Below, piece after piece: positions 1 through 9,656 of a DNA stretch of 64,000 nt. Position 1 is the first letter of the stretch; each line of letters opens with the position of its first letter. The stretch is from Dehalococcoidia bacterium (GTDB lineage: Bacteria; Chloroflexota; Dehalococcoidia; UBA2979): contig OZ244720.1 in the NCBI GenBank assembly GCA_965219085.1, positions 1,056,001 to 1,120,000 of the forward strand, in the 5' to 3' direction. Both the position numbers and the translations under genes were made by a program. The notes below the pieces were generated by a model that was given only the letters and a program-made list of their open reading frames with translations, searched no databases and had not been told where the DNA came from.

Positions 1-5
1 AGGGG

Positions 6-416
6 ATGAGCGGGCCATCCGGTCCCGGGCTCATCGACGTCCAGCTCCAGGAGTGGGGAGTCATTCCCCTCAACATCGAGAAGAAGGACGGCGAGTTCAC
101 CGTCGCGGCGGGCACGTACGTGGTCAATGCGGAGAACATCGGCCCGATCGACCCACACGAGTTGGTCATCATCCGCACCGACCTCGACGAGTCGGAGCTA
201 CTGCAGGACGACACCGGTTTCGTCCTCGAGGATGGCGAGGGCATCCTCAAGTTCCTCGGCGAGATCGAGGAGTTTGACCCGGGTACTTCAATGGCCGGCG
301 TTTTCAAGCTCACGCCGGGCCGCTACATCATCTTCTGCAACATCGTCGAGCTCGAGGAAGGTGAGTGGGAGAGCCACTTCAACGAGGGCATGCGCACCGT
401 CCTCATCGTCGAGTAG
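6..416 (+). CDS. Cupredoxin/sulfocyanin-like blue copper protein (possibly 5'-truncated by window edge)
   Basis: HELVI motif and C-terminal PGRYIIFCN...H...GM type-1 copper ligand pattern. Confidence 0.7.
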   Translation: MSGPSGPGLIDVQLQEWGVIPLNIEKKDGEFTVAAGTYVVNAENIGPIDPHELVIIRTDLDESELLQDDTGFVLEDGEGILKFLGEIEEFDPGTSMAGVFKLTPGRYIIFCNIVELEEGEWESHFNEGMRTVLIVE

Positions 417-645
417 ACCGTCCCTCATCGTCGATGAGTAGCGCTTGCGGCGGGGCATCTCTGCCCCGCCGCTGCATTACGGCTCGGTGACGAGCGTCCC
501 TCCGAACCTCACGCACCCCCAACCCTACCGATCGCGGCTCGTACCCCCGCCCACGCGGCGCCGCACGCACCAATGCCTCGTACGGCGGGGTGCGCGATAG
601 CATGCGCCGGGTGGGAACGGCTGAGAACGGACGCGAGGGCTGTAC

Positions 646-1827
646 ATGCTGATCCGCAATCTGCGCCTCATCGACGGGGCCGGCGACATCCGCGACGGCG
701 TCGACGTGCGCATCCACGACGGGCGCTTCGCCGAGATCGGGCCCGGCCTCGACAGCGACGGCGAGGAGCTCGACGCGGGCGGGGCGACGGCGATCCCCGG
801 GCTCATCGACGCGCACACCCACCTCACGCTCGACGCGACGCCCGAGGCGCTCGACAACGCGCTCGACCTGCCACACGTCGAGCAGGCCGGGGGCGCGGCT
901 CAGCGCGCAGCGGCGCTGCTCGGGCACGGCGTCACGACGGCGCGCGAGGTCGGCGGGGTGGGCCCGCTCAGCGTCGACATGCGCGACTCGATTGCCTCGG
1001 GCTCCGCGCCGGGCCCGCGCATCTTCACGGCCGGCGCGTGGATGACCGGGCCGGACGGCCACGGCTGGCACGTCGGCCTGCACGCCGAGGGCCCCGACGG
1101 GGTGCGGCAGGCCGCCCGCGCGCAGCTCGACGACGGCGCCGACCTGCTCAAGATGATGGTCTCCGGCGGGGTGATCGGCACCGGTCACGGGCCGGGCGCC
1201 GAGCAGTACAGCGAGGACGAGGTGGCGATCGTCACCTCGATGGCGCACGCCGAGGGCAAGCGCGTCGCCGCCCACGCCCACGGCGAGCCGAGCATCCGCA
1301 ACGCCGTCCGCGGCGGCGTCGACACCGTCGAACACGCCTCGTTCGTCACCGCGGAGCTGATCGAGGAGATGCTGGAGCGCGGCACGTTCATCGTGCCGAC
1401 GTTGGCGGTGATCCACTTCGTGATCGAGAGCGGCTCGGAGGCGCTGGGCGAGGAGACGCTGCAGCGAGCGCGCGAGGTCTCGGCGGTGCACCGCGAGAAC
1501 ATCACCGCTGCATGGCGCGCGGGCGTGCCGATCGTCGCCGGCACGGACCTGGGCAGCCCCTTCACCGGCCCCGACGCCATCCACCAGGAGATCGCGCTGC
1601 TCACCGGCATCGGCATGTCGAACCACGAGGCAATCCAGGCCGCGACGCTGCAGGGCGCGCGCGCCATCGGCGTCGAGGACGACCTCGGCCCGGTGCGCCC
1701 GGGCCGCCGCGCGGACCTGCTCGTCCTCGACGGCGACCCGCTGACCGACATCACGGCGACGCGGCGCATCCGCCACCTCGTGCAGGACGGCGAGTTCCGC
1801 ATCCGCGACGGCGTCGAGGTCGCCTGA
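646..1827 (+). CDS. Metal-dependent amidohydrolase (prolidase-like subgroup)
   Basis: PGLIDAHTH, GADLLK, AAHAHG, EHA, AGTD and GRRADL motifs. Confidence 0.9.
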   Translation: MLIRNLRLIDGAGDIRDGVDVRIHDGRFAEIGPGLDSDGEELDAGGATAIPGLIDAHTHLTLDATPEALDNALDLPHVEQAGGAAQRAAALLGHGVTTAREVGGVGPLSVDMRDSIASGSAPGPRIFTAGAWMTGPDGHGWHVGLHAEGPDGVRQAARAQLDDGADLLKMMVSGGVIGTGHGPGAEQYSEDEVAIVTSMAHAEGKRVAAHAHGEPSIRNAVRGGVDTVEHASFVTAELIEEMLERGTFIVPTLAVIHFVIESGSEALGEETLQRAREVSAVHRENITAAWRAGVPIVAGTDLGSPFTGPDAIHQEIALLTGIGMSNHEAIQAATLQGARAIGVEDDLGPVRPGRRADLLVLDGDPLTDITATRRIRHLVQDGEFRIRDGVEVA

Positions 1828-1843
1828 GCGCCAGGGACGCCAC

Positions 1844-3034
1844 ATGACAGGCGACGCACTGTGGCGGCTCGCAAGCACGCGCGGCCTGAGCCGTCGGCGC
1901 TTCCTCGGGCTCCTCGCCGCCGGCGGCGCGGCTGCGGTGCTCGCGGCGTGCTTCGGCGAGCAGGACGGCGAGCCGTCCGGGCTGTTCAAGGATCCGGGCC
2001 CATTCATCGAGCACGGCGAGGCCGGCCTCGAATCCCGCCTCCAGCTCATGGAGGGGGTGATCACGCCCAACTGGCTGTTCTTCGTGCGCAACAACTCGCC
2101 CGCCAGCGTCGAGGTCGACGCGGGCGCGTGGCGGCTCACCGTCGAGGGCGACGCCGTCGAGCAGCCGTTGGAGCTGTCGTACGACGAGCTTCGCCGCCTG
2201 CCCGCGCGCACGCTCGTTTCGTACCTCGAGTGCGCCGGGAACCATCGAGTCATGTTCGACCGCGTGCAGGGGCGGGCGGCGAAGGGCACGCAGTGGGGGA
2301 CGGGCACCGTCGGCAACGGCGTGTGGCTCGGCGTCGCGCTGGCCGACGTGCTCACGCTCGCCGGTATCGCCGACGACGCCGCGAGCGTACTCCTCGTCGG
2401 CCTCGACGAGGACGCGCCCGAGGGCGGGTTCCGCCGCGTGGTCAGCGCGCAGAAGGCGATGCACCCCGACACGCTGCTCGCGTACGGCCTCAACGGTGAA
2501 CTGCTGCCACGGGACCACGGCTTCCCACTGCGCGCGCTCGTGCCGGGCTGGGTCGGCAGCACGAGCATCAAGTGGCTCGGCCGCATCGTCGTGACGCGCG
2601 AGCAGCTGTGGACACGCAACAACACCACCTCGTACGTGCTCATCGGCGACGACTACCCGCCCGAGCGCGAGGCGGGCGGGCAGGCAGTGACCGTGCAGTC
2701 GATCAAGAGCGCGCTCGGCCTGCCGTGGCCGGCGGAGCTGCCGAGCGGGATCCAGCGCCTGCACGGCTTCGCCCACTCGCCGCACGGCGCGATCACGAGC
2801 GTCGAGTGGAGCGCCGACGACGGCGCGAGCTGGCGACCCGCGCGCCTCGTCGAGCCGCAGGTGCAGTACTCGTGGGCGCGGTTCGAGTTCGACTGGCCCG
2901 CGCGGCCGGGCGACCGCACACTGCTGACGCGCGCGACCGACGTCGCCGGCAACACGCAGCCGGATGCGGTGCCCTTCAACGAGAAGGGCTACCTCTTCAA
3001 CCAGCCACTCCCCCACCCGATCCGGGTAACCTAG
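1844..3034 (+). CDS. Tat-exported sulfite oxidase-family molybdopterin oxidoreductase
   Basis: SRRRFL Tat signal; FFVRN, LECAGN, DHGFPLR, SIKWL motifs; C-terminal dimerisation domain. Confidence 0.9.
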   Translation: MTGDALWRLASTRGLSRRRFLGLLAAGGAAAVLAACFGEQDGEPSGLFKDPGPFIEHGEAGLESRLQLMEGVITPNWLFFVRNNSPASVEVDAGAWRLTVEGDAVEQPLELSYDELRRLPARTLVSYLECAGNHRVMFDRVQGRAAKGTQWGTGTVGNGVWLGVALADVLTLAGIADDAASVLLVGLDEDAPEGGFRRVVSAQKAMHPDTLLAYGLNGELLPRDHGFPLRALVPGWVGSTSIKWLGRIVVTREQLWTRNNTTSYVLIGDDYPPEREAGGQAVTVQSIKSALGLPWPAELPSGIQRLHGFAHSPHGAITSVEWSADDGASWRPARLVEPQVQYSWARFEFDWPARPGDRTLLTRATDVAGNTQPDAVPFNEKGYLFNQPLPHPIRVT

Positions 3035-3075
3035 CCGCGAGCCAACCTGGGCGATCTCTGGCGAAGGACGAGGAC

Positions 3076-3309
3076 ATGCAGAAGGTGCTCCATCAGAAGG
3101 TGACGGTGTTGCCAGGAGGCAAGGTGGAGTTCGCCAGCCCTGAGTTGGAGGCGGGGCAGACGGTGGACGTGGTGGTGCTGCACGAATCCAGGGGGGAGGG
3201 CCGGGCCGTCATGGAGATCCTCAACAGCGGGCCCGAGCACCGCCTGTTCCAGACGCCCGAAGAGGTGCGCGAGTACCTGGCGAACGAGAAGGCGTCGTGG
3301 GATCTCTGA
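3076..3309 (+). CDS. Putative antitoxin of a VapBC-like pair
   Basis: 77-aa ORF (MQKVLHQKVTV...) overlapping the start of the downstream PIN gene. Confidence 0.7.
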   Translation: MQKVLHQKVTVLPGGKVEFASPELEAGQTVDVVVLHESRGEGRAVMEILNSGPEHRLFQTPEEVREYLANEKASWDL

Positions 3310-3752
3310 CCCTGCCGCCGGGCGGTCTGGTTTGTATCGATGCCAGCAGTCTCATCTACAGCGTTGAACGAGTGGAGCCGTACCGCTCGCTGCTGGAGCC
3401 GATGTGGCAGGACGCCCAGAACGGGAACCTGACCCTTGTGAGCAGTCCCATCCTGGTACTCGAGGCCCTGGTGAAGCCGTTGCGAGACGGCAACACAGCG
3501 ATCGAGATGCAGTATCGCGAGCTATTCGACGCACATGCTGTACGACTCCTGGATGCCTCATATCAAGTGTTCGAAGATGCCGCTCGTCTGCGGGCCGCAT
3601 CAGGATTGAAAACGCCCGACGCTATCCATGCTGCGACAGCGCTTCGCGCCGCCTGCGCGCTCTTCGTCACCAACGATAGTGACTTCCGCCGCGTGCCGGA
3701 TCTCGCTGTCGTCGTCCTCGACGATGTGCTCGCAGAGGATGCTCCGGGGTAG
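3297..3752 (+). CDS. PIN-domain (VapC-type) toxin
   Basis: IDASSLIY, LKTPDAIHAATA, FVTND PIN motifs. Confidence 0.9.
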   Translation: MGSLTLPPGGLVCIDASSLIYSVERVEPYRSLLEPMWQDAQNGNLTLVSSPILVLEALVKPLRDGNTAIEMQYRELFDAHAVRLLDASYQVFEDAARLRAASGLKTPDAIHAATALRAACALFVTNDSDFRRVPDLAVVVLDDVLAEDAPG

Positions 3753-3781
3753 GTCGGGATGAGACACGGGAACTACCCCGA

Positions 3782-4673
3782 ATGACCTCGACGGGAGGGG
3801 GCTCGCGCCCCGCGTGGGTGTCGGACGCGATGTACCCGTTCGAGAGCCGCTTCTTCGCCACGCCCGACGGGCACCGCATGCACTACGTCGACGAGGGCGA
3901 GGGCTCACCCATCGTCTTCGTGCACGGCAATCCCGCGTGGTCGTTCGAGTTCCGCCACCTCGTCGCCGGGCTGCGCGACGAGTTCCGCTGCATCGCCCCC
4001 GACCACATCGGCTTCGGCCTCTCCGCACGCAGCGACCGTCGCGAGGACCACCATCCGATGGCGCACGCAGAGCGGTTCGCCGCGCTGCTCGAAGACCTCG
4101 ACGTGCGGGACGCGACGCTGTTCCTGACGGACTGGGGCGGGCCGATCGGCCTCGACTTCGCGCGCCGGCGCCCGGAGCGCGTGTCGCGGCTGGTGATCGC
4201 GAACACGTGGTGCTGGCCGGTCTCCGACGACCGGCACTTCCGGATGTTCAGCTTCATGATGCGCAGCCCGGTGGGGCAGTTCCTTATCAAGCGGTTCAAC
4301 TTCTTCGTGACCCAGGTGATGCCTCGGGCTGTCGGCGACAAGGGCGTGCTGACGCCCGGGGTGATGCATCACTACCGCAACGCGCAGCCGAGGGGGCGAG
4401 CGCGCGGCGTGCGCCGCCCTCCCCGGCCACATCATCGGCGCGAGCGACTGGCTCGCCTCGATCTGGGCGGACCGCGAGGCGTTCGCGGACAAGCGGGCGC
4501 TGCTCCTGTGGGGCCTGCGCGACATCGCGTTCCGCCGCGAGGAGCTCGATGTCTGGCAGTGGGCGCTGACCGACACCGAGGTGCATGAGTTCGAGGACTG
4601 CGGGCACTTTCTCGCCGAGGAGGCGCCGGAGCGGATCCTGCCCCTGCTCCGCGACTTCATGCGTCGCGCGTAG
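3782..4673 (+). pseudogene. Haloalkane dehalogenase-like alpha/beta hydrolase, frameshifted at a G run near 4391-4396
   Basis: HGNP, PDHIGFG, DWGG motifs; C-terminus (LWGLRD...CGHFLAEEAPE) continues in another frame to TAG 4671-4673; may be a sequencing error. Confidence 0.8.
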
Positions 4674-5472
4674 CTGCTCCGGCCTCGGCGATCCCCGCTG
4701 CGTCGAGGCGGTCGTGCAGCCGGCGCAGTTCGGCGAGCACCTCCTCGATCGGCTCGGTGGCGCGGTCATGGGACTGATCCTGCGCGGTCTCGACGAAGTA
4801 CGCCGCGACATTCGCCGTGAGCACGCCGAAGAGCCCGATGCCGATCAGCATCAGGAACGTCGCCACGCCACGGCCAATCAGCGTGACCGGATACGTGTCG
4901 CCGTAGCCGACGGTGGTGACGGTCGTGAAGGCCCACCACACCGCCGTGCCCAGCCCGTCGATCGACCCGCCCGAGCCTCGCTCGGCGAAGGTGATCACGA
5001 CCGCCGAAGCGATGAGCGCGCCCAGCGCGAACAGCAGCACGCCTTGCACACCTCGCCGGCCCATGATCGCTACCGTCGTGTGCGACGCCCGCACCAGGTA
5101 GACGAGCACGCGGACGACTCGCAACGCTTGCAGCGCACGCGCGGAGCGGAGGATGCGCAGCGGACGCAGGAAGGGCAGCACCACGATCAGCACGTCGAAC
5201 CAGTGCCGCCGCAGGTACCGCAGCCGGCGAGGCGCGAGGTAGGTGCGGATCGCCAGCTCGGCTGCGAAGGCCCCCCAGATGATCCAGTCGAGCGCGAGCA
5301 CGGCGCGCTCCACCCGCGCCGAGAGATCGAATGCGACTGGTGCGACCAGCAGCGGGATCATGATCAGCGCGAGCACGAGCAACGGGAGTTCCGTCATGTG
5401 CTCGAATCGATCGAGTCGCTCGGAGCGTCGTTCTTGCGTCGTCGTCACCTCGTCCTCCTCGCCTGCGATCAC
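4657..5472 (-). CDS. Voltage-gated-type K+ channel, copy 1
   Basis: TVTTVGYGD selectivity filter, S4-like RPLRILR; likely GTG start at 5448 after GAGGAGG. Confidence 0.92.
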   Translation of the reverse strand: MIAGEEDEVTTTQERRSERLDRFEHMTELPLLVLALIMIPLLVAPVAFDLSARVERAVLALDWIIWGAFAAELAIRTYLAPRRLRYLRRHWFDVLIVVLPFLRPLRILRSARALQALRVVRVLVYLVRASHTTVAIMGRRGVQGVLLFALGALIASAVVITFAERGSGGSIDGLGTAVWWAFTTVTTVGYGDTYPVTLIGRGVATFLMLIGIGLFGVLTANVAAYFVETAQDQSHDRATEPIEEVLAELRRLHDRLDAAGIAEAGAATRDA

Positions 5473-5547
5473 CCTCGGCCTTGGACGAGCCTACGTCGCG
5501 CGCGTCGCACTCGGCCCGCTGCGCGCTGCTGCGCGGCAGAACCGCGC

Positions 5548-5739
5548 GACGTTCCCGGACAAGCGGGCGCTGATCTTGTGGGGACTGCGCGACATCGCGT
5601 TCCGGCGGCAGGAGCTCGAACACTGGCAGTCGGCGCTCACGGTCGTCGAGGTGCACGAGAGGACTGCGGGCACTTCCTCGCCGAGGAGGCGCCGGAGCGG
5701 ATCCTGCCCCTGCTCCGCGCGTTCATGCGTCGCGCGTAG
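5548..5739 (+). pseudogene. Orphan 3' fragment of the alpha/beta hydrolase
   Basis: Encodes DKRALILWGLRDIAFRR...CGHFLAEEAPERILPLLRAFMRRA with an internal indel. Confidence 0.85.
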
Positions 5740-6538
5740 CTGCTCCACCTTCCACGATCCCCGCAGCGTCGAGGCGCTCATGCAGCCGACGCAGTTCACC
5801 GAGCACTTCCCCGATCGGGTCGGGAGCGGGGTCATCGGACTGATCCTGCGCGGTCTCGACGAAGTACGCGGCGACGTTCGCCGTGAGCACGCCGAAGAGC
5901 CCGATGCCGATCAGCATGAGGAACGTCGCCACGCCACGGCCAATGAGCGTGACCGGATACGTGTCGCCATAGCCGACGGTGGTGACCGTCGTGAAGGCCC
6001 ACCACACCCCCGTGTCGAACCCGTCGATGGAACCGCCTGAGCCTCGCTCAGCGAAGGTGATCACGACCGCTGAGGCGATGAGTGCGCCGAGCGCGAACAG
6101 CAACGAGCCCTGCACGCCTCGCCGCGCCATGATTGCGCGCGCTGTGTCCGTGGCCCTGAACAAGTAGGCGAGCAAGCGCGCGCCTCGCAGGAGTCGCAGC
6201 GCGCGCGCCGACCGGAACACGCGCAGCGGCCGCAGAAATGGCAACGCGACGAGCAGGACATCGAACCAGTGCTCCCACAGGTACCGCAGCCTGCCCGGTG
6301 CAAGGTACGTCCGAACGGACAGCTCCACTGCGAAGACGCCCCAAATCATCCAGTCGAGTGCGAACAGCGCCCGTTCCGCGCGCGCTGAGAGATCGAACAC
6401 GACCGGTCCGAGCAGCAGCGGAATCATGAGCAGCGCGAGCACCAACAACGGGAGCTCCGTGACGTGCTCGAATCGATCGAGTCGCTCGGAGCGCCGTTCC
6501 TGCGTCGTCGTCACCTCGTCCTCCTCGCGCGCGATCAC
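5723..6538 (-). CDS. Voltage-gated-type K+ channel, copy 2
   Basis: TVTTVGYGD filter; paralogue of 4657-5472. Confidence 0.92.
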   Translation of the reverse strand: MIAREEDEVTTTQERRSERLDRFEHVTELPLLVLALLMIPLLLGPVVFDLSARAERALFALDWMIWGVFAVELSVRTYLAPGRLRYLWEHWFDVLLVALPFLRPLRVFRSARALRLLRGARLLAYLFRATDTARAIMARRGVQGSLLFALGALIASAVVITFAERGSGGSIDGFDTGVWWAFTTVTTVGYGDTYPVTLIGRGVATFLMLIGIGLFGVLTANVAAYFVETAQDQSDDPAPDPIGEVLGELRRLHERLDAAGIVEGGAATRDA

Positions 6539-6618
6539 CCTCGGCCTTTGACGAGCCTACGTCGCGCGCGTCACACTCGGCCCGCCGCGCGCCGCTGCGC
6601 GGCAGAACGGACGGAGCA

Positions 6619-6957
6619 GTGACACCGCCAGACGACGCCGCGGACGCTGCCCCGACCCCCGAGGAGGCCCGAGCCGCCTCGGAGATCGGGCCGCACGAGA
6701 ACGTTCGCTACTACTTCGACGAGGACCTCGCCGGCCGCCGCTGCATCTGCGAGGGCGGCGAGGCGGTCGAGGGCACGCAGCTCGGCGGCCGCTCGACCTA
6801 CACGGGGGTGCTGACCGGCCGCCGCTTCGACCACGGCGACCCGCCCTGGCGCTGGATGGAGATGATCGGCCGCAGCGACGAGGATCCCGCCGCCGCCACC
6901 AACGCACTTGTATGGTGCGAGGAGAGCTTCGTCTTCCTCGAGGGCGAAGACTACTAG
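6619..6957 (+). CDS. Hypothetical acidic protein
   Basis: GC3-biased ORF with GTG start after GGAG. Confidence 0.6.
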   Translation: MTPPDDAADAAPTPEEARAASEIGPHENVRYYFDEDLAGRRCICEGGEAVEGTQLGGRSTYTGVLTGRRFDHGDPPWRWMEMIGRSDEDPAAATNALVWCEESFVFLEGEDY

Positions 6958-6994
6958 CGCCCACCCACCACACGGCGCCTTGGAGGAGGACCGC

Positions 6995-7786
6995 ATGCAC
7001 ATTGTGATCTGCGCGAAACAGGTCATCGACCCGGACGGCGTGAACAGCTACGCGCTGTGGGGCCAGCTCGAGGTCGACGACTCGGGGCGGGCGTTCAGCA
7101 CGCAGCTCCCGCTGATCATCAACGCCTACGACGACCAGGCCATCGAGGCCGCGCTGCGCCTGCGCGACGACGGCCACGACGTCACGATCACCGCCCTCTC
7201 GGCGGGCGGCGAGGACGTCAACCAGCTCCTGCGCCACTGCAAGGCGATGGGCTGCGATGAGATCGTGCGCGTCGACGATCCAGACGGCCCACCGGACGCC
7301 TTCCGCACGGCCCGCCTGCTCGCCGCCGCGATCCGCGACCTCGGCGACGTGGACCTCGTGCTGTGCGGGCGGCAGTCCTCGGACTACGACCAGGGCACGA
7401 CGCCCGCCGCACTCGCCGAGATGCTCGGCTTCGCCTACGTGACGATCGCCTTCGACGTGCGCGTCGAAGGTGAACGGTTCCGCATCAAGCGCGCGACGCC
7501 GCTGGGCGAGGAGCAGGTGCTGGCCTCGATGCCGACGGTCGTGACCATCAGCAACGAGCTCGGCATCCCCCGCTACCCGACCGGTCGCGGCATGATCGCC
7601 GCTCGCCGCCATCCCGCGACCGTGCGCACGCCGGCCGAACTCGGCGTCGAGGAGGGCGCGGGCGCGGAGCTGCTCGAGCTCGACATCTACGAGGTCGCCG
7701 GCGAGTGCGAGTTCATCGAGGGCGATGACCCCGCGGCGCAGGCGGCAGCACTGCTGAGCAAGCTGGAAGCGGAGGGCGTGCTGTGA
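6995..7786 (+). CDS. etfB: Electron transfer flavoprotein beta subunit
   Basis: MHIVICAKQV, INAYD, DLVLCGRQSSDYDQG, PRYP; GGAGGAGG RBS. Confidence 0.93.
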   Translation: MHIVICAKQVIDPDGVNSYALWGQLEVDDSGRAFSTQLPLIINAYDDQAIEAALRLRDDGHDVTITALSAGGEDVNQLLRHCKAMGCDEIVRVDDPDGPPDAFRTARLLAAAIRDLGDVDLVLCGRQSSDYDQGTTPAALAEMLGFAYVTIAFDVRVEGERFRIKRATPLGEEQVLASMPTVVTISNELGIPRYPTGRGMIAARRHPATVRTPAELGVEEGAGAELLELDIYEVAGECEFIEGDDPAAQAAALLSKLEAEGVL

Positions 7787-8763
7787 GCGGCATCATCGCC
7801 ATCATCACCCAACCCCCGGCCGAGGGTCTGACCGGCGGCGACCTCGAAGCTCTCGGCGGCGCCGGCGCGCTCGCCGCGGACACCGGCGAGCCGTTCCTGT
7901 GCGCCGTGATCGGCCACAACGCCGGCGCCGCGGTCGCCGAGGCGGGCGAGCGCGGCGCGGCGCGGGTCTTCGTCGCCGACGCCGAGCACCTCGCAACGTT
8001 CTCCGGCGATGCGGCCGTCGACGCGGCCGCGGCCGCCGTCGCGGCATCCGAGGCGAGCACGGTCATCGTCGGGCGTGGCTCGAACACGCTGGAGCTCGCG
8101 CCCCGGCTCGGCGCGCGCCTCGGCGGAGGCTGCGTGATGGGCGTGACGGAGATACGGCCCGACGACGCGGCGGGCTTCGTCGTGATCGCATCGGTCTACG
8201 GTGGGTCGGCGCGCGCCGCCTACCGGCTGGCAGCGACACCGCGCGTGATCGGGCTCTCGCCCGGCCTCGCCCCCGCTCCGGAACGCGAGGCGGGCCGCAG
8301 CGCGGAGGTCGTCGCCGTCGACGCCCCCGCGCCGGCCGAGCAGCGTGTCGTCGTCGACCAGCCCGCGGAGGCCACCGGCCCTCGCCTCGAGGAGGCCAAC
8401 GTCGTCGTCTCCGGCGGTCGCGGGCTGCAGAGCGGCGACAACTTCGCGCTCATCCGCGAGCTCGCGGCGAACCTCGGCGGCATGCCGGGCGCCTCGCGCG
8501 CGATCGTCGACGAGGGCTGGGCGCCGTCCGAGGAGCAGGTGGGCCTGACCGGCAAGATCGTCAGCCCGGACCTGTACCTGGCGGCCGGCATCTCGGGCGC
8601 GAGCCAGCACATGATGGGGTGCTCGACCGCGCGCGTGCTGGTCGGGATCAACACCGACCGCGACGCACCGATCTTCCGCTACGCCCGCTACGGCATCAAC
8701 GGCGACGCGCTCGCGGTGCTGCCCGAGCTGATCCGCCTCACCCGCGAACGCGCGGGCGGCTAG
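7783..8763 (+). CDS. etfA: Electron transfer flavoprotein alpha subunit
   Basis: VVSGGRG, ASRAIVD, QVGLTGK, GISGASQH, INTDRDAPIF. Confidence 0.95.
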   Translation: MSGIIAIITQPPAEGLTGGDLEALGGAGALAADTGEPFLCAVIGHNAGAAVAEAGERGAARVFVADAEHLATFSGDAAVDAAAAAVAASEASTVIVGRGSNTLELAPRLGARLGGGCVMGVTEIRPDDAAGFVVIASVYGGSARAAYRLAATPRVIGLSPGLAPAPEREAGRSAEVVAVDAPAPAEQRVVVDQPAEATGPRLEEANVVVSGGRGLQSGDNFALIRELAANLGGMPGASRAIVDEGWAPSEEQVGLTGKIVSPDLYLAAGISGASQHMMGCSTARVLVGINTDRDAPIFRYARYGINGDALAVLPELIRLTRERAGG

Positions 8764-8775
8764 GGCGGAGGCGGG

Positions 8776-9522
8776 TTGCCCCCAGGCACATCGAGGGACG
8801 GCGCGGCCGCGCCCGGCTCCGAACTCGGCGACATCGCCGAGGCTCGGCTGCCGGGCGGCGCCGTGGTCGACCTGCACTGTCACAGCTCGGACCGCTCGCT
8901 CGACAGCGGCGTGCGGGCGGGTGCGCTCGCGGCACAGGCCGCGGCGCGCGGCCTCGACGGCGTGTGCCTGACCGAACACAACTCGATATGGCCAGAGGCC
9001 GACGTGCGCGAGCTCGGCGAGCGTCACGGCGTCGCCGTGATCCGCGGCATGGAGGTCAACACCCAGGTCGGCCACGTGCTGGTGTTCGGCCTCGACCGCT
9101 ATCGCCCCGCGCTGTCCGACATTCACCGCCTGCGCGATATCGTCGTGTCCGAGGGCGGCGCGATGGTGTGGGCGCACCCGATGCGGCAGGGCGACTGGTC
9201 GCCGCCGGCGTGGAGCAACGTGCCGAACCTCTTCGAGGCGATCGAGGTCGTCAACGGCGACCACTCGGATCAGGTCGACGGCTACTGGGCGACGCTGGCC
9301 GAGGAGCTGGGCGTGGGCCGCACGGCGGGCTCCGACGTGCACTCGATCCCGGCGGTCGGGCGGGTGGGGACGGGCTTCCCGGAGCCCGTCCCGGACGTCG
9401 AGACGATGGTGCGGCTGTTGAAGGCGCACCGCCACGCCCCCCTCGATTTCCGCCCGGGCGGCGCGCACGGGTTGCCGCACCTGGCGGAGCCGCCGCGGTA
9501 CACGCCGCGGGAGCGACACTAG
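8776..9522 (+). CDS. PHP-domain phosphoesterase
   Basis: DLHCHS, TEHN, GMEV, AHP, GSDVH motifs. Confidence 0.88.
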   Translation: MPPGTSRDGAAAPGSELGDIAEARLPGGAVVDLHCHSSDRSLDSGVRAGALAAQAAARGLDGVCLTEHNSIWPEADVRELGERHGVAVIRGMEVNTQVGHVLVFGLDRYRPALSDIHRLRDIVVSEGGAMVWAHPMRQGDWSPPAWSNVPNLFEAIEVVNGDHSDQVDGYWATLAEELGVGRTAGSDVHSIPAVGRVGTGFPEPVPDVETMVRLLKAHRHAPLDFRPGGAHGLPHLAEPPRYTPRERH

Positions 9523-9656
9523 GCTTGGGCTCCCGAATGGCGCGAACGGCTAGCGTCCGGCATAGAACTGTTACGAACTACGTGTCGACCGCTCCTTAAC
9601 TTGCAGTAGTTTCCTGGCGTCTGATACGGTACTAGCTGCGGTATAGGTGCGAAGTC

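Larger units (their letters stand above)
4479..6608. repeat. Diverged tandem duplication (~1.07-kb unit): hydrolase 3' end + K+ channel
   Basis: About 4479-5541 aligns with about 5548-6608, with many synonymous differences. Confidence 0.9.

Noticed and set aside
4385-4400. Programmed frameshift in the hydrolase
   Set aside because: A single indel in a G homopolymer; sequencing error or simple mutation is more parsimonious.
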